From the NCBI GenBank assembly GCA_024239035.1, contig JANBVK010000001.1:107010-171009 (forward strand): a DNA stretch of 64,000 nt, given 5' to 3'. The notes under the pieces were generated by a model. The model made no database searches. It had not been told where the DNA came from and saw only the letters and a list, made by a program, of their open reading frames with translations. The position numbers and the translations under genes are program-made. How positions within the stretch are numbered: position 1 is the first letter of the stretch; every line of letters starts with the position of its first letter. This DNA comes from Patescibacteria group bacterium (lineage in GTDB: Bacteria; Patescibacteriota; Minisyncoccia; UBA6257; GWB1-50-10). Positions 17,170 to 25,421 of this stretch are shown one piece after another.

Positions 17170-18959
17170 TTCTTCAACAGTTCCCTAAACACATCCGGCG
17201 TAATCTTCGCTTGAGAACGCTCCTTTAAACGTTTCTTGCCCTTCTTCTGCTTCTGCCATAGTTTCATTTTCCTCGTCCTGTCCCCGCCGTAAAGATGACC
17301 GGTAACGTTCTTTTTTAAAGCCTGAATGTCCTCTCGCGCAATTATATTCGCCCCCACCGCTGCCTGAATCGGCTGTGCAAACTGCTGTCGCGGTAAAAGT
17401 TTCTTAAGACGCTTAATCATCTCCCGCCCTTCTTGTTCATAAGTGCTTTTAGGAAAAAACCGGCTAAGCCCCGGTACCAATATCCCAGAAATCAGCACAT
17501 CAACCCGCAGGACATCCGATTTTTTATAGCCGGCTAGCTCATAGCTAAAAGAGGCATACCCCTCTGTTGCAGACTTTAATTTATCATCAAAATCGCTTAT
17601 AAGTTCCGCTAAAGGCATATCCGCATCTAACTTAACCCTGTCCTGTAATGTTTCAGTCATAATATTACTCAACCGAAAAAGCTTCTGGAGCGGAAAAAGA
17701 CTATTAATGTGGTTTTCGGGAACAATTATCTCAATCCTCACCATCGGTTCCCAAATCTCATCAAAATTTTCGGGTAAATCTTCGGGTTTTATAATTTCAA
17801 TGTCAGTACCTTTAACTTTCACTCGATACACCACCGACGGAAACGTATTCATAATACTGATCCCGAACTCCCGCCTCAAACGTTCCGCAGTAATCTCAAA
17901 ATGGAGACGGCCTAAAAATCCAATTTTAAACCCCCTGCCCAGCACTTCATTTTGGTCAGGATCAACGGTCAAAGACGAATCATTAAGTTTAAGTTTTTGT
18001 AACCCGCGTTTTAAAAGTTCATGGTCATTGCTGTCTTCCGGATAAAAAGATACAAACACCACCGGCTTCGGCTCCTTATAACCCGTAAGGGGCTGATAAC
18101 TAGTCGCTGGTTGCTGGTTACTGGGGACTATAATAGTGTCCCCTATTTTAATCTTTTCCGGATCCTTGACGCCGGTTGCAATATAACCGATCTCCCCGGG
18201 CTTAATTTCGAGTACCGACTTTAGCTCGGGAATAAAATAACCCAATTCCTTAATCTTAGAACCAGTCTTAGTCGCCAAGAGGTATATGTTATCATCACTC
18301 TTAATTTTCCCGCTAAAAACTCTAACAGACGCAACGACACCCTTATGGTCGTCGTAGAAAGAATCAAAAATGAGAGCACGAGTGTGATTGCTTTCGTCTT
18401 TGGGTGACGGTATGCAGCGAACAACTCCTTCAAGTAATTCTTTAACGCCTTCTCCTGTCTTCCCCGAAACAAGAAAAATATCTTTCTGCGATACCCCTAG
18501 AAGTTGTGCAACCTCACGAACAGCTCTCTGTAGTCGATTGTCGCTGCGGTCCTCGAATAAGTCTATCTTACTTACCGCGCCGATAATTTTTAACCCTGCC
18601 GCTTTCGCTGCTCGAAAGTTCGCCAGAGTCTGCGCCTGAATCCCCTGCCCGGCATCAACGAGTAAAATCGCTCCCTCCACCGCTACAAGAGCCCGGGAAA
18701 CCTCGTAAGAGAAATCAGAATGGCCGGGAGTGTCAATAAGATTTAGGTCATAAGTTTCAGCTTTCAAGTTATAACTCATCCGCACGGGAGCCATCTTAAT
18801 CGTAATCCCCCGCTCCCGCTCAAGCTCAAGCTGATCCAAGTACTGCGCTTTCATCCGCCTCTCCGGAACCGTCCCCGTAATCTCTAAAAACCTATCCGCA
18901 AGCGTGGATTTACCGTGATCGATGTGAGCGATTATACAGAAATTCCTTATGTTCTTCAT
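17166..18959 (-). CDS. lepA: Translation elongation factor 4 (LepA/EF4)
   Basis: NFCIIAHIDHGKSTLADR G1 motif, DTPGH, and full-length (597 aa) LepA-like sequence including the LepA-specific C-terminal domain. Confidence 0.95.
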   Translation of the reverse strand: MKNIRNFCIIAHIDHGKSTLADRFLEITGTVPERRMKAQYLDQLELERERGITIKMAPVRMSYNLKAETYDLNLIDTPGHSDFSYEVSRALVAVEGAILLVDAGQGIQAQTLANFRAAKAAGLKIIGAVSKIDLFEDRSDNRLQRAVREVAQLLGVSQKDIFLVSGKTGEGVKELLEGVVRCIPSPKDESNHTRALIFDSFYDDHKGVVASVRVFSGKIKSDDNIYLLATKTGSKIKELGYFIPELKSVLEIKPGEIGYIATGVKDPEKIKIGDTIIVPSNQQPATSYQPLTGYKEPKPVVFVSFYPEDSNDHELLKRGLQKLKLNDSSLTVDPDQNEVLGRGFKIGFLGRLHFEITAERLRREFGISIMNTFPSVVYRVKVKGTDIEIIKPEDLPENFDEIWEPMVRIEIIVPENHINSLFPLQKLFRLSNIMTETLQDRVKLDADMPLAELISDFDDKLKSATEGYASFSYELAGYKKSDVLRVDVLISGILVPGLSRFFPKSTYEQEGREMIKRLKKLLPRQQFAQPIQAAVGANIIAREDIQALKKNVTGHLYGGDRTRKMKLWQKQKKGKKRLKERSQAKITPDVFRELLKK

Positions 18960-19495
18960 AAATCGAATTCATGGACGGAAACATTGCCTATGTGAGGCGT
19001 TTTTTCTGAAAATAGATGGTGCGCAAGACGCACAATGCCACTGTGTGTCACAACAAGAATAATTTTATCGTGATAATCACGCTTTGATCCTTCTATAAAT
19101 TGAATTAGCCGCTGCTTGACGTCTTTCACTGATTCTCCTCCATACGGACGGAAGTCGTACTGTTGATTTCTACTAGCAATCTTATTAACCTTACCCTTTG
19201 TTTCCTGTTCTATCTCATCCCACGATTTTCCTGCAAGCGAACCAAACGAACGATCTTCTAAGTTCTTGTCTAACACTAAGGGCTTGTTAAAGCGCTGCTT
19301 GATAGCCTCCGCGGTTTGACTTGCCCGCTTGAGCGGAGAAGAAATAATGACGTCAAAATCACCGCTCAATTCTGCTGCAAGATCCTCTGCTTGCTTCATA
19401 CCTACCTCATTAAGCGGAGCATCTATGTCACTTCCCATAGGTTTTCCCTCTCTATTATAATCTGTCTCCCCGTGCCGAACAAAAATAAATTTCAT
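18956..19495 (-). CDS. Histidine phosphatase family protein (phosphoglycerate-mutase-like)
   Basis: FVRHGETDYN catalytic RHG motif and a later H in VVTHSGIVR. 4-nt overlap with lepA. Confidence 0.85.
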   Translation of the reverse strand: MKFIFVRHGETDYNREGKPMGSDIDAPLNEVGMKQAEDLAAELSGDFDVIISSPLKRASQTAEAIKQRFNKPLVLDKNLEDRSFGSLAGKSWDEIEQETKGKVNKIASRNQQYDFRPYGGESVKDVKQRLIQFIEGSKRDYHDKIILVVTHSGIVRLAHHLFSEKTPHIGNVSVHEFDL

Positions 19496-19503
19496 AAATG
19501 AAT

Positions 19504-19533
19504 TCTACACTATCTCCACCCAATAACACTAAT
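19504..19533 (-). pseudogene. Relic of a Cys-rich-paralog 3' end (degenerate copy of the conserved ...QAEVV-stop nucleotide block) just upstream of the phosphatase start
   Basis: ctacactatctccacccaataacacta matches ttacactacctccgcctgataacactg (the 3' end of all four paralogs) at 21 of 27 positions. Confidence 0.45.
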
Positions 19534-19549
19534 TTTTCCCTCAACTTTT

Positions 19550-21337
19550 TTACACTACCTCCGCCTGATAACACTGCTCGCAATAAACTATCTCCTCCCT
19601 ATCTGGTGCGTATGACGTTTCAAACTCGTTGGGACACCTGCCTTCCAGGTGATGATTATGCTTCGTGGTGTTTTTGTACACCTTGTAATCACACACGCAT
19701 TGACGATGAAAAAGCTGAGGTCGATTTCTCCACGCAACTCTATCAAAGTGTCTACAATTGAAACAAAGCCGAGGTAACGGCAAATTCAGTTGGCGATAAA
19801 ATTGAAGTTCTTGGAAAGTAATACGAAAGGCCGTTGCACAATTTTCTCCACATTGCTCAGGATGATTATTATTTTCATCATGCTGGCATTGAATGACTTC
19901 TTTTAAGATGTCATCACCCAACTTTTGAATTTGATCGGGAAGTTCATCTGAGGTTTTAGTTATCGAATATGCCCTCTCTTTTGGTCTACGCCAGTTGTAA
20001 CCCTGCGCTTTTGCTTCTTTTTCCGTAAGCGGGAAATATTCATGTGCCTGTGTTTCACTGTATCCAAATGCACTCATATCTGGCGGGAAAAATTCACCGT
20101 ATTTATACACCCGTCCTTTTGCATCAACATAAGGCATTTTGTTCATATGTTTAATGATTTTCGGAACCATCGCTCTATAGTCTTCTTTCGAATATTGCCT
20201 ATTTAAAATGCAGTATTGCTTGCTCTTCAATGCTACACAGCCAAACAAATTGTTTGATTGACGACAATTTACTGTATAGCGAGATTCATTTGCCGCAAAT
20301 GATTCAGCTGTAAAAAATGTGTTATAGATACCGTGGCCGGTGGCAATAATATCATAGGTAAGCTCTGTACCTTCGGAAGATGTAACATCCATGCCGTCTT
20401 TATTTGGACCATAAATCACGCTTTGGCAATGAGCCATATTTTGAGCAGTGCCCACAAAAAAACAATTACGAAGCTCTGTTGCATTATAGAGATAATCACC
20501 AGTACAATTTTTTGCTTGTACGCTATGCTGATATTTGACGGGGTGTTTGAGCCATACTTCCATTGCTTGTCCTCGAGCACGCTCAATACCAGACCAAGAA
20601 TCAAGTCTCATTTCTGCAAGCTTTTTTTGATATTCCTCCTTGCCGTAAGATTCATTGAAAATATGATAGCTCTTATTTCGCAACCCTGAACAACCAAAAC
20701 AACTATCACATCCGACACAATCCTGACTGAACCATACGTCGTTACACGAAGTGCAGCTTCGTGAGAAGAAGGTTTTATACGAATCATTGGTGTTGATACA
20801 GTAGTAGCAAAGCTCACATCCTTTACAGTTGACCATATCTATACACTGCTTACTCCTCAGTAATGTGACACTGTAAGCGCTATCCTCTAGGTATCCTGCA
20901 TCAAAACACAAGTAGCAGTTTTTTGCCCATGCTGCGATACTGTAATCACTGTTTGTTTTTTCCATAGACCACATAGGAGCCCATGGAACTTTGTTAAACA
21001 AGTCCCTGATTTGTTCAAAGAATGGTTTTGAGAAATCATACTCCATTCCATAATCCATGGGGTCCCATGCATCACTCTCCCAGTATTCGTAATCATAAAC
21101 TGGCATTGGAGCATCGGGAGGAATTAAGGTAAATATTTTCTTTCCTGTGGCATCACAAGTACGTTCGTAAAGGTATCGCATGTTGCGAAAAGACATCCGA
21201 CGCATTGCTCGGCATTTCCAACAAAACGTCGGCACCGGCACTTTTATCTTCTCATAAAACGCAAAATCTTGAGCCTCAACCTCAAATGAGTTCTTACAGT
21301 TCTGACATAGTCGTTTTTCGGCTTGGAAATCAGACAT
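19550..21337 (-). CDS. Cys-rich multi-CxxC zinc-ribbon protein, paralog 1 of a 4-5 member family (cytoplasmic, 595 aa)
   Basis: N-terminal CQNCKNSF...CWKCR and C-terminal RCPNEF...YCEQCYQAEVV zinc-ribbon-like motifs. Internal CKGCELCYYC and DCVGCDSCFGC clusters. No signal peptide. Confidence 0.8.
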   Translation of the reverse strand: MSDFQAEKRLCQNCKNSFEVEAQDFAFYEKIKVPVPTFCWKCRAMRRMSFRNMRYLYERTCDATGKKIFTLIPPDAPMPVYDYEYWESDAWDPMDYGMEYDFSKPFFEQIRDLFNKVPWAPMWSMEKTNSDYSIAAWAKNCYLCFDAGYLEDSAYSVTLLRSKQCIDMVNCKGCELCYYCINTNDSYKTFFSRSCTSCNDVWFSQDCVGCDSCFGCSGLRNKSYHIFNESYGKEEYQKKLAEMRLDSWSGIERARGQAMEVWLKHPVKYQHSVQAKNCTGDYLYNATELRNCFFVGTAQNMAHCQSVIYGPNKDGMDVTSSEGTELTYDIIATGHGIYNTFFTAESFAANESRYTVNCRQSNNLFGCVALKSKQYCILNRQYSKEDYRAMVPKIIKHMNKMPYVDAKGRVYKYGEFFPPDMSAFGYSETQAHEYFPLTEKEAKAQGYNWRRPKERAYSITKTSDELPDQIQKLGDDILKEVIQCQHDENNNHPEQCGENCATAFRITFQELQFYRQLNLPLPRLCFNCRHFDRVAWRNRPQLFHRQCVCDYKVYKNTTKHNHHLEGRCPNEFETSYAPDREEIVYCEQCYQAEVV

Positions 21338-21440
21338 AGCGTGTTGAGGCGAAATCCTGAGGAAAACCGAAGGGCTCCGGTTCGATAGTGAACTTTTGTT
21401 TGCAATTCTGACATTTCGAAGACACTGAGCTTGTCGAATG
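21338..21440 (-). pseudogene. Relic 5' fragment of a Cys-rich paralog (encodes CQNCKQKFTIEPE..DFA then stop) immediately upstream of the paralog 1 start
   Basis: tccggttcgatagtgaacttttgtttgcaattctgacat matches the paralog 2 5' coding region 23231..23271 at 32 of 41 positions. Frame is disrupted. Confidence 0.5.
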
Positions 21441-21464
21441 TGGTTTCGTTTCGGAATTCATAAA

Positions 21465-21502
21465 TTAATTACGTAATTAAATACGTATTTTAATACGTAA
21501 AT
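21465..21502. promoter_or_regulatory. Array of three TACGTA-centred palindromes at 12-bp spacing (AATTACGTAATT, AATACGTATT, TAATACGTAAAT) in the paralog 1 upstream region
   Basis: TACGTA at 21470, 21482 and 21494. The first two are perfect palindromes. Confidence 0.5.
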
Positions 21503-23290
21503 TCATACTACCTCCGCCTGATAACATTGTTCGCAGTAAACAATCTCCTTCCTCTCCGGAGCGTATGATGTCTCAAACTCGTTAGGGCATCTTCCTTCCA
21601 AGTGGTGGGAATGTTTTGTAGTGTTTTTGTATTTTGTAGCTTGCTCTGAGCCTGTCGAAGAGTCACACACGCACTGGCGGTGCCAAAGGTTTATAGGATT
21701 TCTTCTTCTGAAACGTGCATAATACCGGCAGTTGGGACATAGCCTAGGGAGAGGGATATTCATTTTTCTATAAAAATTGAGTTCATCAGAAACAATTCGG
21801 AAAGCCGTTACACACCTCTCTCCACATTTGCCCTGATGTGCACAACTAATAACTTCTTTCACAATACTGTCATCAACGTCTCTTATATGGTCAGGAAGTT
21901 GCTCTGCAGAGACAGTGATCTGATAAGAAGGTTTTTCGAGGTCACGCCAATTAAATCCTTGAGCAAGAGCGCGTTCTTTATCCAGCGGAAAGTAATCATA
22001 GGCCGGCGTTTCATTATAGGGGAAGGGAGACAGTTCTGTTGGAAAGAATTCTCCGTGAGCATATATCTTTCCCTTTTTATCTTTATATGACGCCTCGTTC
22101 AAGTGGTCTATAATTTGAAGAACAAGCTCCTCATATTTTTCTTTAGTATATTCTTTGTTTAAAATGCAATACTCCTTCTTGCGAAGTCCGATACACCCAA
22201 ATAAATCATGGCATCCGTTTTTACATATGTCACAATAGGTAATATTTCGCACTTCTGGCCAGGCATCCGAAGATAATTTCACATTGTAGGCATTCACGCC
22301 CATGGTGTTCACCTCATAGTTCAATTCCATCACGCAACACCCGTTGTTGATATCCATGGAATCCTTCGCTTTATTTACAAAAAGGCAATATCGGCAGTTT
22401 TCAAGTTCAGCCCCATTGAAACAGTGATAACAATCTTTAGAGTATGAAATCGTGTTTCCAACGACATTTGTTACGTTTTTAGTATAGGCATGTTTGTGCA
22501 ATGCTTTCTTTCTCATTGCTTCAAATTTAGCGGCATACGTTGAAAAATTCTTATACGAACCCGTATCAATGTCTTTCATTTTTTGCTTATAGTCCTCTTT
22601 GGTACATTGCTTATTTTCAAACACGTGAGACTTGTTCCAAATATTGCTGCTTAAAAAGCAATCTTGGGAACCCCTGGCATCGAAACAGAACGAAAGCCCC
22701 GTAGAACTCGCACAGTTTTCAACAAATATAAGTTGTGACACCTCGAGGCATTCGATACATTCATAACAATACTCTCCCCGGAGCACTATGAAACAATCAA
22801 CCAAGTTTTTAGAGTTCAAAATTCTGTAGCTATACATCGAGTCCTCGTTGTCCGAGCCTGAAAAAATGAGATAGCAATTTTTGCAATTTGCAATCTGGTT
22901 TGCGTATTCACAATTCACGCATTTATCAACTTGGAGCGCTACTCGAGGTACTTTATTCTGCAGCTCCTTAAATTGTGTAAAGAACGGTTTATTAAAATTG
23001 TATTCTCTTCCATATTGCGTTCCATCCCACTTATCTGAATACCAGCACTCTCGGCAATATACGGGGAAAGTCACATCCTGAGGATACATAGCAATAATAT
23101 CCTTGCGACAAAGGTCACATATTCGTTTATGAAGGCTTCTCTCATTTCGCCAAGAAAGTCTGCGTTGCAGCCGGCACGGAGGACACCACGTAGGCGCCGG
23201 CACTTTTATCTTCTCATAAAACGCAAAATCATCCGGTTCGATGGTAAACTGGTTTTTGCAGTTTTGACACTGTCTGGCCTCTTGTGTCAT
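21503..23290 (-). CDS. Cys-rich multi-CxxC zinc-ribbon protein, paralog 2
   Basis: Same architecture and termini as paralog 1 (CQNCKNQF...CPPCR at the N-terminus, YCEQCYQAEVV at the C-terminus). 35-bp nucleotide-identical patch with paralog 1 (GCCGGCACTTTTATCTTCTCATAAAACGCAAAATC). Confidence 0.8.
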   Translation of the reverse strand: MTQEARQCQNCKNQFTIEPDDFAFYEKIKVPAPTWCPPCRLQRRLSWRNERSLHKRICDLCRKDIIAMYPQDVTFPVYCRECWYSDKWDGTQYGREYNFNKPFFTQFKELQNKVPRVALQVDKCVNCEYANQIANCKNCYLIFSGSDNEDSMYSYRILNSKNLVDCFIVLRGEYCYECIECLEVSQLIFVENCASSTGLSFCFDARGSQDCFLSSNIWNKSHVFENKQCTKEDYKQKMKDIDTGSYKNFSTYAAKFEAMRKKALHKHAYTKNVTNVVGNTISYSKDCYHCFNGAELENCRYCLFVNKAKDSMDINNGCCVMELNYEVNTMGVNAYNVKLSSDAWPEVRNITYCDICKNGCHDLFGCIGLRKKEYCILNKEYTKEKYEELVLQIIDHLNEASYKDKKGKIYAHGEFFPTELSPFPYNETPAYDYFPLDKERALAQGFNWRDLEKPSYQITVSAEQLPDHIRDVDDSIVKEVISCAHQGKCGERCVTAFRIVSDELNFYRKMNIPLPRLCPNCRYYARFRRRNPINLWHRQCVCDSSTGSEQATKYKNTTKHSHHLEGRCPNEFETSYAPERKEIVYCEQCYQAEVV

Positions 23291-23300
23291 GGGTTATAAA

Positions 23301-25403
23301 TCACTTCCTAAGCGTCAAATCCAATATCACCCTCGCGTCCGGATCTTCATCTTCATAAATGAATATTGGGCTATTTGACTCCGACCAAACATAACCTAAC
23401 GGCGCCCCGAGAGTTACCCTCAAATTGCTCTTTACACCTGATTGGCGTTCAAAGATAAACCGGAACCTCTTTCCTGAACTCACACGAACTTGGTTGCCGC
23501 TCGGCGTTTGGTAACGCAGGTTCAACGTGCGGGTCTTCCCGGCCGGCGTCGTAAACCACGTTGCAAAAACACTTTTCCCGTGCGCTTCCATACTCCAGGC
23601 ATCATAGCCGGCAATGAGCACTCTGGTCTCCTCAATCTCTTGAAGATCGGCATTTACAGCGTATCCCTCACCATCATAATCAGGCCTCCGAAAACTTTTA
23701 GTACTGTTTCCTTTCAAAGAGACTAGGGTGGAGGCGGGATTTGTAAATATTTGAATAAAATTCTGATTATCTTTACGCCACCAGGGATCTTCTTGTTTAT
23801 CCCCTTCGTGTTTCCGTTCAATTGTTAAATCAGTAAAAACACCGCCGTCAGTATCAATATCCAGTCTTACCTCCAGCCGCTGCCGAACAAAAGCATCACT
23901 TTTACCGCCGGCGATATTAGCATCCACCACTGCAAGATACGAGCCCCAAAAACTGCTGGGCAACGGATAAACAGCACCGTCAATATTCTTAGAATTTAAG
24001 AAAGCCGCTAGGTCACCTTCTTTCGCAAAAATCATAATGTCTTTTTTGGTAATATGCCTTTCTAACTCATCAATTAGAGACCTTTGTCCTTCTTCTCCCA
24101 TCTGATCTAACCTCTCAAGAATGAGAGGAGTTAGCACGCTCAATACTTTTTTCGGATTCTCTCCTTTTTTCTTATCCCGGCCCGTTTCAACCTCTTTCTG
24201 AATCTCAATCAAAAAGTTATCTCGGTCTACCACTAAATCATATTCCTCTATCGGGACCGGACCAATAATACCGAGAATGGTCTCCATCACATTAATGTTT
24301 AGGGCAATAACGCCCTTGAAAGTAACGTCCTGCTCTTTGTAAAGTTTAGAGTTCTCTAAAAACCCCGTCACTGTTCTGGCAGAAGTAGGAAAGTCAAAAA
24401 ACCAATTAGCGTCTCTCGCTCCCCAATCCTTAGTTACTAACTGGAGCGGATCGGGCGGAATCACTTTTAATTCAAGGTTAAGAGGATGATCCGGCCAATA
24501 AATATCCTGAACTTCCAGGTTGGTCATCTGACCCCGCTCTACCTGCAAATCTGCGTAACTGCCAATAAAACCGCCGCCAGGTCTGATTTCGGCCGGATTT
24601 TGAAATAAAAGAAGAATATGGATCTCGTCTTCCGAATCAATAAGAGCAAGGAGCCCACCCAAGAAGCTGTCCAGATTATGAAGATCGGAACTATATTTAA
24701 GGTATTGATCGCCAATCTGCCCCTCAACGTTTTCAAAGAAAGAAGAAATAGATTTAAGGTTGGCGGCTGTATTTCTTATTGATTCAATCTGGCCAGTGAC
24801 TCCCTGTATTGACCCACGGATACCTTCTAAACGGTCAACAAGAGCTTGGCCGTCATTTTGGAAGTAATAAAAACCGTTCCCTTTCAGATCATTTAATGCC
24901 TCGGAGAGTTCTAAAAAATTAAGATTCAGGGCACTAATCTGACTTAAAAAGGCACCTGCTTCTTTAAAGGCCGGCAAGATGCTGCCGACGACGCTAAAGA
25001 GCACTCGGTTTTGCGGTCTCTCTAAAATGGCATTCAAACTTGATAATTCTTCAGTATTTTCTTTTAGGGCCAAACCAGCTTCAGCGGGTTCAAAAGCTCT
25101 GAGCGCCCCAACTGAAAAGGTAAAATTACTTACAATCTTATCTCCCTTCTCCACAATAAGCGCTTTTACTTCTTTGAGATTGAACGCAAGAAGAGTACCC
25201 ATAAGAATAAAAACCACCACTACTAAAGCTGTCCCCCATCTCAAAAATTTTTTATAAAATCCAAATCGGGCAGGTTCCTCTTGGAGCACATGAGTTAGAT
25301 TCAACTTAACAAACCTAACCGGCTGTTTATAATTGATACCTGGTTTTCTTATATCAACTAAAACCGGATCAATATTTTTAGCGGGTACAATTCGTTTTTT
25401 CAT
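23301..25403 (-). CDS. Large membrane-anchored extracytoplasmic protein, possibly DUF4012 family (polysaccharide-locus associated)
   Basis: 700 aa with a single N-terminal TM after about 60 residues. Sits next to GT4 and sugar-transferase genes. Confidence 0.4.
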   Translation of the reverse strand: MKKRIVPAKNIDPVLVDIRKPGINYKQPVRFVKLNLTHVLQEEPARFGFYKKFLRWGTALVVVVFILMGTLLAFNLKEVKALIVEKGDKIVSNFTFSVGALRAFEPAEAGLALKENTEELSSLNAILERPQNRVLFSVVGSILPAFKEAGAFLSQISALNLNFLELSEALNDLKGNGFYYFQNDGQALVDRLEGIRGSIQGVTGQIESIRNTAANLKSISSFFENVEGQIGDQYLKYSSDLHNLDSFLGGLLALIDSEDEIHILLLFQNPAEIRPGGGFIGSYADLQVERGQMTNLEVQDIYWPDHPLNLELKVIPPDPLQLVTKDWGARDANWFFDFPTSARTVTGFLENSKLYKEQDVTFKGVIALNINVMETILGIIGPVPIEEYDLVVDRDNFLIEIQKEVETGRDKKKGENPKKVLSVLTPLILERLDQMGEEGQRSLIDELERHITKKDIMIFAKEGDLAAFLNSKNIDGAVYPLPSSFWGSYLAVVDANIAGGKSDAFVRQRLEVRLDIDTDGGVFTDLTIERKHEGDKQEDPWWRKDNQNFIQIFTNPASTLVSLKGNSTKSFRRPDYDGEGYAVNADLQEIEETRVLIAGYDAWSMEAHGKSVFATWFTTPAGKTRTLNLRYQTPSGNQVRVSSGKRFRFIFERQSGVKSNLRVTLGAPLGYVWSESNSPIFIYEDEDPDARVILDLTLRK

Positions 25404-25421
25404 GAATATGCTGCGTTTTTA

